A stretch of 64,000 bases of DNA from NCBI GenBank assembly GCA_918797485.1, contig CAKKNE010000004.1:3348001-3412000 (forward strand). The letters are read 5' to 3'. The notes below the pieces were generated by a model. It searched no databases, had not been told where the DNA came from, and saw only the letters and a list, made by a program, of their open reading frames with translations. Positions within the stretch are counted from its first letter, which is position 1; every line of letters starts with the position of its first letter. Position numbers and translations under genes: made by a program. The DNA comes from Pelagomonas calceolata. Taxonomy: Eukaryota. Positions 1 to 9,730 of this stretch are shown piece after piece.

Positions 1-230
1 CACGCGGGACCAGTACCGCGCGGCGCCGGCGACGCCCGCGAACTGCACCTTCATGGTCCGGCGCCACCGCGGGCAGGAGCCGTCGCTCCGGCACTTTACG
101 TCGTTTCCGTGATGAGTATCTATCACGTCTCGGCGGCAGCGGCGACTCGTCGTAAGTAGCTTTTATGTCTGTCCGCATATCGACAGCGTTCCACTAGCGG
201 TACATTAGTCGGAGCCGGTTTGGACGCTTG

Positions 231-253
231 TTAGCGTACATAAAGACACTAGC
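231..253 (-). promoter_or_regulatory. CTAG-dyad upstream motif (variant)
   Basis: + strand TTAGCGTACATAAAGACACTAGC. Confidence 0.55.
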
Positions 254-410
254 AAAAATCTGTGAGAGCAAAAACAGGCTCTGTGGTCTGTTTCGCGTGC
301 GCAGGCGCGCTTTGATACTTCAGCCTTACGGAGACTGTTGCTGCCGTATTTGTCTCGCTGCCCACAACTTCCCCGGCTCCAATCGGTGCGGTACTCGCGA
401 CAATAAGCCA

Positions 411-1577
411 ATGGCACGGCTGCTCCTCACATGGCTCGCCTGTCACGCGACCGCCCTGGTCCCACCGACAAAGCACAAACAGCGCCTGACCGTCGCGCAC
501 AACGTCGCCTCGGCGAAGCCGAACGCCAGGAACGCAAAATATGTGGACCAGCTCTTAGACGTGGCGGCGGGAACCGATCGGGGCGTCAGGGCCAAGGAGG
601 GCACGCGCAACATCATCGACGGGCTGATCGCGCGGCTTGAGCGCTCGTACAAGGGCACGGACGCGTCCGAGACGCCCGAGTGGCTGTATAGGGACAGCGA
701 GGTCGTCTACGTCGGCCAGCGGTCGAGCAAGCGCGCGAATGCCGCGGGCGGAAGATTTCGGGGCCGCGTCGGGCGGCTGCTCTTCCGGACGACGGCATTG
801 TACCAGCACATCCAGCGGGACGGCGAAAGTCTAAGAGCGGTCAACGCGAACCGCTTCCGCTTCCTCGGCTTGCTGCCGGGCTGCGCCGTGCTCCGGGGCT
901 CCGCCGAGAAGGAGAATGACTTGGAAGCGCTCTCGGCGAAGTTCGACCGGAAACTCTCCGAGAACACGCTCCGCGCGTCGTTCGAGCGGCCGAAAATCGC
1001 CTTCGGGCCTCTGGTCTGTGAGGCCGGGCCCGCGTCGGTGGTGCGCCTCGACACGACGTACCTCGACGACCGCGTTTGGCCACCGTGTGGAACACAAGTT
1101 GGTGATCGCGATCGAGGAGGAGCACTCTTTTGTGGGATGTTGACCTCGCAAGGACTGATATGCGACAGGAAGCTCCGTACGGGGCACACCGAGATCGAGA
1201 GACGCGACAGACACGCGCGCGCCTCCCGCCCCCGCTCCTGCCGATCTTGTTACGCGCAGGTCCGCATCTCGCGCGGCGGCTCGTCGGGCACGCCGTTCGT
1301 CTTCCGCGCGTGTTCGGACACGGACACGCGCAAGGACGCCTGGAAGCGCGTCGCCGAGGCAACGCCGGTCTCCGCGAAAACGGCGGGTGTCGGCGTCGGC
1401 GCGCTGGCCGCTGTTGCAGCGGGCACCGCCGCGCGAATCGGGACCAAGAACATCGCATTTGCGCCTGCTGTGGTCCTCGCCCTTGCTTCCGCCAAGCTCT
1501 TGACGAGCACTGGAGGAATAGTAGTCACACGCGACCCCGCGGTGGCGTCGTACAAGAATGCGGGCAAGGGGGGCTGA
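411..1577 (+). CDS. PAP/fibrillin-family plastid lipid-associated protein (one intron, 1074-1259)
   Basis: Signal peptide MARLLLTWLACHATAL; AAGTDRGV N-terminal motif. Removing the GT..AG intron restores LDTTYLDDR|VRISRG, typical of fibrillins. Confidence 0.75.
   Translation: MARLLLTWLACHATALVPPTKHKQRLTVAHNVASAKPNARNAKYVDQLLDVAAGTDRGVRAKEGTRNIIDGLIARLERSYKGTDASETPEWLYRDSEVVYVGQRSSKRANAAGGRFRGRVGRLLFRTTALYQHIQRDGESLRAVNANRFRFLGLLPGCAVLRGSAEKENDLEALSAKFDRKLSENTLRASFERPKIAFGPLVCEAGPASVVRLDTTYLDDRVWPPCGTQVGDRDRGGALFCGMLTSQGLICDRKLRTGHTEIERRDRHARASRPRSCRSCYAQVRISRGGSSGTPFVFRACSDTDTRKDAWKRVAEATPVSAKTAGVGVGALAAVAAGTAARIGTKNIAFAPAVVLALASAKLLTSTGGIVVTRDPAVASYKNAGKGG
1074..1259 (+). other. 186-nt in-frame intron, probably a degenerate introner
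   Basis: Starts GTTTGG and ends GCGCAG. Its 5' part has CCGTGTGGAACACAA, resembling the introner TIR; no 3' TIR. Confidence 0.7.
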
Positions 1578-1690
1578 GTACTACACATTTGTCTGCTAAC
1601 CATCGAGTGTGCGCGATTCCACGAGCCGACGACGGACTTGACGACGGCGACGTACGTACAAAAAAAGACATGTGCCAGTGGCGGGTACAT

Positions 1691-2659
1691 TCACACATCC
1701 TTACACAGTTCCATCTGCTGCTCGATGGCCGCGGCGAGCGGCGCGACAGCCTCGCCGGGCAGGTCGTGCTTCGAGCAAAACGCCACCGCCACCGCCTCGG
1801 GCACGTCGCCCTCGCAGACGCGGATCGTGCCGACGCCGTCGACCGTCAGCTCGAAGAGCACGCACGAGGTCTCGCCGCGGTCCCCGGTGAGCGCCACGTG
1901 CGTTTCGGGAAAGAGCGGCACCGTCGACCGCGCGTTCTTCTCGTCGCGAAAAGATGGCCGCGCGAACGCGCAAAAAAACACGAGGCGGTCCTCGTCGGAC
2001 GCGTTGGCTAGTCCTCGATGATCAATGCGGTAGTCAAAGAGGAGCGCATCGCCCGCGTCGCACATCACGGCGACGCCGTCCTGCCTCAGGCGCTTCACGT
2101 CATTGGCTCGAGGGCGGTGACTGCCGAGCCGGAACTCCGTCGGGCCGTTCGCGGCGGTGAGTGGCTGCAGCGGCACGAATACCGTCAACGCGTTCGGCGA
2201 TTCGCTGTTCTCATGATCCCCGTCTTTATGCCAACGTTGGTGGTCTCCACCAGCGTTCGCTCTGGCCACCATGACGCCGCTGTACAATATGGCGCTGCCG
2301 CCGAGCGCCTCCGTTGCGACGTCGAGCACAGCAGTTCTCGTTTCGCGCAGGAGCGCGTCGAACGGCGCGGCGTCGCTGTTGAACCGCAGGTCGACGCGGC
2401 CGCCGTCGCGTTTGAGGTATTCGGCGAAATCTCGGCGATGGAGGCGCACCGCTGCGTGATGCGCTCCCGGCGCGGATGCGTCGAGGTCTCGTATGTTGTT
2501 TGTGATCGCTGCGTCTGAGCAAGCGAGTGCTGCTGCAGCCGCAGCTCTGCAGATAGCAATCGTTTCTTCCTTTACGGCTCCGGGCACGACTGCTACGCCT
2601 TGCTCAAGGAAGATGGAGGCTGCAGCCTGCTGGGTGGTGCCAATCAAGCTCGCAGCCAT
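1691..2659 (-). CDS. PhyH-family 2OG-Fe(II) dioxygenase with a short extra C-terminal domain
   Basis: QRWHKDG (HxD), NGPTEFRLGSH, GDALLFDYRIDHRG motifs. Confidence 0.8.
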   Translation of the reverse strand: MAASLIGTTQQAAASIFLEQGVAVVPGAVKEETIAICRAAAAAALACSDAAITNNIRDLDASAPGAHHAAVRLHRRDFAEYLKRDGGRVDLRFNSDAAPFDALLRETRTAVLDVATEALGGSAILYSGVMVARANAGGDHQRWHKDGDHENSESPNALTVFVPLQPLTAANGPTEFRLGSHRPRANDVKRLRQDGVAVMCDAGDALLFDYRIDHRGLANASDEDRLVFFCAFARPSFRDEKNARSTVPLFPETHVALTGDRGETSCVLFELTVDGVGTIRVCEGDVPEAVAVAFCSKHDLPGEAVAPLAAAIEQQMELCKDV

Positions 2660-3092
2660 ACTGGCGCAGCGATGGTGAACTTGCAGAGCTGTGCACGAGG
2701 GTCAATTTACCGGGCCGCACAGTGCGGGAGCTAAGCCTAGCTGTTTTTGGGCGCTGCAATTCGATGCAAACCCGACCAGTGGCGACGGACTTGCGCCTTT
2801 GCATCGGCGCGCGAGCAGCTACACTGTCGGCTGCGCCTCAGCATCGTGTGGCACAGCATCGCCGCATCGCTGCGCTGCGACTTTCGGCATCGCTGCGGGC
2901 ATCGCTGCGGCCAGTACCGATATTGCACTCGCTGCACACTGCTGCACCGCTGCGCAAACCGCTGCGCGAGCGCCGCGTCGAGGACTAAGCGCCGCACGGC
3001 GTCGCAGCGCTGCCACCTCATCGCTGTCGCATCGCTGGCGGACCGACAACGGCAACACATTGCATCACAGCACACTCACATAGTCTGACGCG

Positions 3093-3644
3093 ATGGAGGA
3101 CAGCAAGCTCCAGAAGCTGCACGAGACGCTGAAAGCATTGGCGCCGAAGGGTAAAGTGGGAGGCCTCGGCTTCTACGCCAAGGCCGGCCACCGGTCGAGG
3201 CGGTCGGCGGCCGACGGCATGCCCGAGGACAAAAGAGCATTGTACTCTTTTTTTGTGAGGGCGGGCGACGGGCCGTCCGGGCACACGCACTTTGCGGACG
3301 ACGGCGACAAGAAACTCAAAAAGAAAAAGAAGAAGAAGACGAAGACGAAGGCGCCGCCGCCGCCCTCTTCTGATGAATCGTCGTCGTCGTCGTCCGAGGA
3401 CGAGGACGAGGCGCCGCCGCCGCCGCCGCCGAAGAAGACGAAGAAGCGGAAAGAGGCGGCGGCGCGGCTCGCCGACATCGACGCCGCCTACGAGTCGGCT
3501 CAGGCCGCGAAAGCTAGAAGCATCGACGAGGCGTTCGCGGCGAGCCAGGCTTCCGCGGCGGCGCCGAAGAAGAAGCGGAAGAATGGTACTGCACCCGTCA
3601 GAAAGGAGAAGAAGCGCAAGAAGTCTAAGAAGAAAGATAGGTAG
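3093..3644 (+). CDS. Lysine-rich low-complexity hypothetical protein (probably nuclear)
   Basis: ATG-initiated 183-aa ORF with poly-K and acidic-Ser tracts. Confidence 0.65.
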   Translation: MEDSKLQKLHETLKALAPKGKVGGLGFYAKAGHRSRRSAADGMPEDKRALYSFFVRAGDGPSGHTHFADDGDKKLKKKKKKKTKTKAPPPPSSDESSSSSSEDEDEAPPPPPPKKTKKRKEAAARLADIDAAYESAQAAKARSIDEAFAASQASAAAPKKKRKNGTAPVRKEKKRKKSKKKDR

Positions 3645-3660
3645 TCCTATAACCCCGAAG

Positions 3661-4509
3661 CTACCTCTTGAACCGCCGCGGCCGCAAAGGAACCACAGGC
3701 CGGAAGCCCCCGCGCGTGCGGCCCCACGAAGAAGACATAAGCGCCTCGGCCTCCTTCTTGACGAAGGAGAGGGCCTTGGTGCCCGACGTCTTGCAGAGCT
3801 GGACGACGATGGGCCCCGGCAGCCAGGGCGGTAGCGCGACCTCAGCCGAATACCAGACGCGCGACCAGCCCTGTTTTGTGGGGTGTTTTGCCACGTACCA
3901 CTGGCCCTGGACGTCGACGAAGTCCGAAGTTTTCTCGGGGTCGAGCTGCCACGTAACCGTACCTTTTTTCGGGGTCACGGTGTGGTCGTAGTAGCAGTTG
4001 AAAGTCTTGACGCCACCAGCAAGCTTCATGTGCACTTTGATATTTTCCGTGCCCTTCATGCGGTTCTGGGATCGTCCATAGACCGTGGAGTACGAGCACT
4101 GCGCGAGTCGGCCCGCGTATCGGTCGAACGTCGTCACGGCTTTCAGAACAGTAGCAGGCGGCGCGTTCATGTCCTGGACCGCCGTGCCGCGGCCGCCGGA
4201 GTCGCCCCGTAATCGCTTCTGGAGCAGTACCCTTTTACCATTATCTAATTGCTGGAGTTGGTCCTTCGACAGGTTGTTCTCCCAGCCGTCGCCGTTCAGC
4301 GTGATGGGCTTGATCTTGCCTTGTAGAGGCTGGTTTCCTATGGAGTTGGCCTTGATGAGTCCATTCCCAATCTTGGCCGAGGCGAGCACGACGAGCGCGG
4401 CTATCAACGCTTTGATCACGTTGGGCGAGCTCGGGATGTTTGACAGTATGTTTGAGAGTGTTTTGCGCGCGCGCTCGACGGGGCCTTCACTAGGTGGCGC
4501 GTCGGACAT
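3661..4509 (-). CDS. SRPBCC/START (polyketide cyclase-like) domain protein with an N-terminal TM segment
   Basis: APPATVLKAVTTFDRY...VTWQLDPEKTSDFVDVQGQWYV...LPPWLP pattern. Confidence 0.7.
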   Translation of the reverse strand: MSDAPPSEGPVERARKTLSNILSNIPSSPNVIKALIAALVVLASAKIGNGLIKANSIGNQPLQGKIKPITLNGDGWENNLSKDQLQQLDNGKRVLLQKRLRGDSGGRGTAVQDMNAPPATVLKAVTTFDRYAGRLAQCSYSTVYGRSQNRMKGTENIKVHMKLAGGVKTFNCYYDHTVTPKKGTVTWQLDPEKTSDFVDVQGQWYVAKHPTKQGWSRVWYSAEVALPPWLPGPIVVQLCKTSGTKALSFVKKEAEALMSSSWGRTRGGFRPVVPLRPRRFKR

Positions 4510-4717
4510 GGTGGCGCGTTGTAGCGCGCGCGTAAGAGCTGTAGCTTTTTGCTTGCAATAGGTGCTGCACTCCTGTGCTAGCTAGAGCTGGGCAAGGATT
4601 GAGCAGCGAACCAACGAATCGATTCGTGGCGCGTTTCGCACGGATTTCTAGCAGATTCGCGAGGAGGCAGGCGTTCACAGTGCCTTAACTCGTATTGCAA
4701 TGGGCTTGGCTTTGCTT

Positions 4718-4739
4718 GCTAGTGTCTCAGGCCGCTAGC
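4718..4739 (+). promoter_or_regulatory. CTAG-dyad upstream motif
   Basis: GCTAGTGTCTCAGGCCGCTAGC in a divergent intergenic region. Confidence 0.65.
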
Positions 4740-4830
4740 TCGCCCCCACGCCTCAAACTTCGAGTCCAGGGTTCCTTAAAGAACAGAAAGTTGCACAGGG
4801 GCGGGGGCATCGCCCGCTTGCTATATGTGT

Positions 4831-4854
4831 CTAGTGTCTTTACAGGCCGCTAGC
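4831..4854 (+). promoter_or_regulatory. CTAG-dyad upstream motif
   Basis: CTAGTGTCTTTACAGGCCGCTAGC. Confidence 0.65.
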
Positions 4855-4999
4855 ATCGATGCCGGCGCGCAGCGGGCGATATAGCGCCGCCGCGACGTAT
4901 AGAGCTAGGCATACATCGCCAGCAGCAGCGCATAGATCATAGCAGTCATCCAACATCGTAAACAGAGGGCTGGGCCGTGACTAGCTGCAGCTAAACAGC

Positions 5000-6328
5000 A
5001 TGGCGTCTGGATTTAGCATGTCCCTGGGCGCCGCGCCGCCAGTGTCAAAACCGAAGATAGGAATAGCAGCCTTCGGCGACGCCGCAATTGACGACGACGC
5101 GCCGCCGCCGCCGCCGCGCGACCTCGTCATCCCGCTGACCAAAAACCCGTGGAAAGCTGATCCGGGCACGCCGCCCCGCGAAACAGATGACTTGGACGAG
5201 GCCGCGGCGGCGGCCGTGATCGCCGAGGGCATCTCCGTGACGCGAGAGAAGAAGGACCTGGTCATTGCGGGACCCGCGCCACAGGAAGAGACGAAGCAAC
5301 CCTTACTCAAGGCGGCGATGCTCCCTGGGTTAAATGAGCTCGAGAATGATGATCAACGATTTAAAAGAGATTTAGAAATGAGGGCGGACGACGTGGACGT
5401 CACGGGTGACGCCTATCGATCTGTGAGGATCGAGGAGTTCGGGAGAGGCATGTTGAGAGGTATGGGCTGGGCGGGGTTCACGGAGGACGACGAGAAGAGA
5501 TTTGCGGACCCCGTGGCGCGGCCGCGCGGGTTGGGGCTGGGTGCGGCCCCGAAGCCCGCGGAAATTTATGATCGGCGAGGGAGACTAAGGGAAGGTAGGA
5601 CGGCGACGAACAAGGACGCGGATAAGCAGTGGCTCGGGGCCCAGAAGAAGCAGGCTACGGAGGAAGTGGTTGCTTTGCGGAGCGGCGACATTGTCCGCAT
5701 AGAACGACCTAGAGGAGACCGGACGCTCGACGAAGACTTGGTTGGTAGGAGGGCTAGAGTGCAAGCTCCCTCGGATGCCGCAAGGCCCAACCATTCGAGA
5801 GTGGTCCTGGAGAGGTCGGGCGAGGTGCTTTGTATACCTCAAAGAGCGTTACGGAAAGATACTTCTACCAAGCCCTTCCGCGAGGCCGAAAAGCGGAAGC
5901 GCGCCTCTCAGAAAGAGTCGACGAAGAAGAAGGCCCGGAAGGACGAGCCGCCCCCGAAGCCGTGGCTTGTTGCCGGTATAAGGGTGAGAGTGGGTAGAGA
6001 CGGCGACCCGTTATTCAGAAAGAAGGGTAGAGTATTAGACGTCTTGTTGAGCGCGGACGGGAAGAGGAGGGCGACCCTGGCGTTGGACGGCGGCGGTAGG
6101 GTGGATGAGCCGGGGTACAAGGAGAGGTATCTCGAGACCGCGCTCCCGAAAGACGGCGGGCCCGTGCGCTGCGTCTTAGGTGATAGAATGGGCGCGCACG
6201 GCGTGCTGGTCGGTAGGGACCGGAAGAAGGAGACCGCCACGATTCGGTTCGACGACGATGATGTTATAGAGACGGTGCCGATGGACTTCGTGGCCGAGTG
6301 GTGCGGCGGCGACGTCGATATGATGTAA
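5000..6328 (+). CDS. G-patch and KOW motif protein (Spp2/MOS2/GPKOW-like splicing factor)
   Basis: IEEFGRGMLRGMGW...RPRGLGLGA G-patch; PWLVAGIRVRV...KKGRV...LETALPK C-terminal KOW region. Confidence 0.85.
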   Translation: MASGFSMSLGAAPPVSKPKIGIAAFGDAAIDDDAPPPPPRDLVIPLTKNPWKADPGTPPRETDDLDEAAAAAVIAEGISVTREKKDLVIAGPAPQEETKQPLLKAAMLPGLNELENDDQRFKRDLEMRADDVDVTGDAYRSVRIEEFGRGMLRGMGWAGFTEDDEKRFADPVARPRGLGLGAAPKPAEIYDRRGRLREGRTATNKDADKQWLGAQKKQATEEVVALRSGDIVRIERPRGDRTLDEDLVGRRARVQAPSDAARPNHSRVVLERSGEVLCIPQRALRKDTSTKPFREAEKRKRASQKESTKKKARKDEPPPKPWLVAGIRVRVGRDGDPLFRKKGRVLDVLLSADGKRRATLALDGGGRVDEPGYKERYLETALPKDGGPVRCVLGDRMGAHGVLVGRDRKKETATIRFDDDDVIETVPMDFVAEWCGGDVDMM

Positions 6329-6435
6329 TTTTGTTGTTGTTTTTTTTCTCTTCTCTCCGCGGCGACGGCGTCGTCGTACGCATTCCCGTTCCCGTGCTAG
6401 GGCTGTAGGCGGGCTTCTGAGGCTTTTTTAGGCTG

Positions 6436-6486
6436 AGGCTGAGGCTAGTTACGTCGCAGGGCTCCCCGTACCCCTCCCGCTCCCCC
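6436..6486 (+). repeat. Dispersed repeat, possibly an element end; 48/51 identical to the reverse complement of 59695-59745
   Basis: AGGCTGAGGCTAGTTACGTCGCAGGG..CCCCGTACCCCTCCCGCTCCCCC shared by both loci. Confidence 0.85.
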
Positions 6487-7575
6487 CGGGCCCACCCGTC
6501 CGGCTGGACTAGGACGCAAGGGCTGAGTCACAGGGACTCGCACGCCCCCCCTCTTTTGGGACGACCCCCGTCAGGGTGTGGAAACTGGCCACTGGCTCCT
6601 CTTTTATGACGAGCCGGAAATCAAGTGGTGAGAGAGATGCCCTCGCACACCAGGCCGAGCAATCCTGAAGCGGGGAGCGAGAGCTCCGACCCGCCCAGAC
6701 GGCCCTTGACAATAACTCGTCGGAACGGAACTAATGGGTTCAATGGATGCCCCAGCGATTCGGAGGGCCTGCGAAAGCTCGGCCGGCGCGGCCAAGGTTA
6801 CGGGGGGCGGCATGCCGCCGCCCCCAACGCCTCCCAGGTCGAGACCAGCTCCGCTCCGTAGGGTCGGTCCGGTCGCAGGCAGATGAGGCTCGCCGTCATG
6901 CCGGCGGCAGAACTTCAGGAAACGGGCCGGATACCACCGAACGTGCACCACTCGATGCCCGAGGATGGGCGCCGTCCGTGTTCCGGGCTCGACCCGCCAA
7001 TAAAAGAAAGTGGGCGCGCCATGCCGGCGACGCCCGGAAAGAAAGATCGGTTGACCTGCGCGTGGGGCCTTCAACCCAAAGGGCGGAAAGACGCGACGCG
7101 AGAAGGCCAGGATGGTGGAAGTCGCCGACGCCGCGATCATTTGACGACCGCGAGCGACGGGACCTACCCCGCGAGCGTCGCCGAGAACTCGATGCCCGAG
7201 GGGGCGCGGCCGCGGGGCAGCCCAAAAAAGTAAGCAACAGAGCGTGAACAAGATGAGACATCGCCGGCGAGCCCGGCCGCGCCGGTCCGCCCGCGCGACC
7301 GACCACTCGACCGCCACGATTGACTTGACCGGCGTCGGCGCGAACGCGAGTTACCCCTGCGGGAGGTCCGCCGCAATGGACCCGCGGACTGGTGCGCGAC
7401 AATCGCGCGCAGAAGCGGCGGAATCGAGTCGGCGCTTTGATCATCAAGCCAGGCACCGAGCGGGTTTTTCGTGCGGGTCCCTGGGCCCAAATCGTTTCCC
7501 GCTCGTCTGGGTTTTGGAGCGCGAGACCTCGACATCGTACCCGTCGGCCCCGCCGTAGAATTCTGAGGTTTTATT

Positions 7576-7599
7576 GCTAGTGTCTTACGGGCCGCTAGC
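7576..7599 (+). promoter_or_regulatory. CTAG-dyad upstream motif
   Basis: GCTAGTGTCTTACGGGCCGCTAGC, ~140 bp before ATG 7742. Confidence 0.7.
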
Positions 7600-7741
7600 A
7601 ACTATCTGCGCGCGCGAGGCGCGCTCACAGAGCTGCGATACAGTTTAATTGAGGCCATTAAACGGCGTCTCGCAGCGCTTGCTGCCCGCGCGAAACGACG
7701 TGACAACGCGCACCCACGTCTACTACCCACAACCCAACCCT

Positions 7742-8602
7742 ATGGACAGCAAGGCGGACTCCAAAATGGAGGACGCAGCCAACGTGGACGAGCCCGGTAC
7801 AGACAGCGCCGAGCCGAATAAACAATTCCTCCTCGATCGCATCGCGACGAGCGACGGATTCAAGGACGCCAAGGCGCACAAGGAGGAGGACGCCGCGCCG
7901 GAGGCCGCGCCCGCCGCGGACGCGAAGGCCACAGAGGAAGCGTCGTCCGGCGAGGACGCGTCGCCGCCGAAGCGCCGAAGACCCCTCCTCGTGGACAACC
8001 TGGAACCGCTCGCGCGCCACGCGTTGAAATATGGAGAGTTGGTCGTGTCGAAGGGGAGCGTGCTGGACGCGCACGTCGGCGCGCTGGTGAACGCGGCGAA
8101 CGAGGGCTGCCAGGGCGGCGGCGGCGTCGACGGAGCCATCACGAGCGCGGGCGGCGATTTACTCGCGGAGAAGCGCGAGGCGCTGCCGTGCCTCGCGGGC
8201 AGCGACTGGCGGCGCTGTAATACCGGAGACGCCGTCGTTACCAGCGGCGGGCCCTTCGGGTCCCTGCGATGCGACGCTGTCATCCACGCCGTCGGCCCCA
8301 ATTACCACTCGTTGCCGGACGGCGAGGGCGACGAGCTGGCGCGGGGCGACGCTTTACTTAGGTCCGCCTACGTTTCGAGTATGGCGCGCGCCAAGGAAGA
8401 GAAGTGCAAGACCGTCGCCTTTTTGCTGCTGTCGGCGGGCATCTTTCGCGGGCTGCAGTCGCTCGACACGATCCTCGCCATCAGCGTCGGCGCCGTGGCC
8501 GACGCGGCCTACGAGGGCCTCGAGCGCGTGCACCTCGTGGCGTTTACGCCTGGCGAGCAGAGGAAGCTTAAGGCGGCGGCGGCGGCGCGGTTCGCGGAGT
8601 AG
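7742..8602 (+). CDS. Macro domain protein (ADP-ribose/O-acetyl-ADP-ribose hydrolase, MacroD-like)
   Basis: LVNAAN..GGGGVDGAI, VIHAVGP, LLSAGIF motifs. Confidence 0.9.
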   Translation: MDSKADSKMEDAANVDEPGTDSAEPNKQFLLDRIATSDGFKDAKAHKEEDAAPEAAPAADAKATEEASSGEDASPPKRRRPLLVDNLEPLARHALKYGELVVSKGSVLDAHVGALVNAANEGCQGGGGVDGAITSAGGDLLAEKREALPCLAGSDWRRCNTGDAVVTSGGPFGSLRCDAVIHAVGPNYHSLPDGEGDELARGDALLRSAYVSSMARAKEEKCKTVAFLLLSAGIFRGLQSLDTILAISVGAVADAAYEGLERVHLVAFTPGEQRKLKAAAAARFAE

Positions 8603-8608
8603 GGTGCC

Positions 8609-8648
8609 CGCGTCGCCTCGACGGCGCGAGGGTGACGCCATCGCCGCG
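8609..8648 (+). repeat. Short dispersed repeat after a stop codon; inverted copy at 19018-19055
   Basis: CGCGTCGCCTCGACGGCG..GAGGG..ACGCCATCGC present at both loci. Confidence 0.6.
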
Positions 8649-9323
8649 ACAGCTCTCTTCGCCTCGACGCTACGGTGTGCCCGGTGATGTGTAATAGTAT
8701 CGTCCGTCGAGTTATCAAGTACGGGTTTGGCTACTAGCTTTTTTACGATCGAAACAAGCTCAAAGCCAGCACCAAAACGCAAATTTCAGGGTCCCCCCCC
8801 TCCGGCGCCGGCATCCTCGCCCGTTCGCGGGGCGGGCGCGCGGCCGTCTTTGGGCCGTGGAGCCGGTCCCCGGCGCCTGTCGGTCGTGCTTTGGGGAATA
8901 ATCTATCGCTTTTCGCAGTGGGGCTTGAGGCGCTTAATGTGGCGGTGGTGGATGGTGGTGTTGCATCGAAGCATTGGAAATCGCTCGTGCGCCGGCGTCT
9001 GCACCCTTATTTATACCCCAAGGGCGTGCGTTACACTTTGCATACCCTCCAGCACTGCGGGCGCGAGCGTTGATGGCGCGCGTCGCCTTGCTGGCGCAAA
9101 AGTGTCACTATGGTTTGGGCAAGCATAAAACGTCCCGCGGCGACGCGGCGCGGCGAACTCGTCGCCCTAGGAGGGCACCCCCGCACGGCCCACGCGGGCG
9201 GGACTCAGAGAGCGAGAACGTTACGGTAGTACACACACTGCAAACACCAAGGGCGCGCCGTGCTCGCGCCGACGGCGCCCGCGCCTGCCTCCGCTCAACG
9301 AGTTTCCGCGCAGGCCTGCCAAC

Positions 9324-9599
9324 ATGAAGACTATCATCTGCGCCGTCGCGCTCCTCTTCTCGTCCGTCGCGCCGGTCGCGCACGCGATGGGGAAAATCGA
9401 CGAGACATGCCCTACAATTCTGGCGTGCAATGACGGCGCCCCGTGCGCGGCTGGCCAGTTCTGCGCCGTATTGGAAGGGCACTCTGAGGGATTTTGTTCG
9501 CCTTGTGTATTGGTTGGGCACTCGGATCCTGACGCGTGTGATGAGAGAGGTCTGTCGAGCGCCGGGCTAGCAGACTGCCAGGCGTGCTGCGGCCTCTAA
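9324..9599 (+). CDS. Small secreted cysteine-rich protein
   Basis: Signal peptide MKTIICAVALLFSSVAPVAHA followed by a 10-Cys mature region. Confidence 0.6.
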   Translation: MKTIICAVALLFSSVAPVAHAMGKIDETCPTILACNDGAPCAAGQFCAVLEGHSEGFCSPCVLVGHSDPDACDERGLSSAGLADCQACCGL

Positions 9600-9730
9600 G
9601 CTCGTCGTGGTCGCGGCCAACTGCCCCTGAGGCGCTCTCGCCTCGCCGGCCCCCTTCGCGCCGCCAACGGATGTTCCCCCCATCCGGGCGCGTAGTTCTG
9701 CCCCGGCCTAAGCTGTTCAATATATGGTGC

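Noticed and set aside
2850..3070. GCATCGC/TGCA-rich stretch producing Cys-rich ORFs
   Set aside because: Low-complexity intergenic or UTR sequence between divergent genes; no coding signal.
7515..7540. Possible duplicate of the G-patch gene 3' end
   Set aside because: Similarity is too short and gapped to distinguish from chance.
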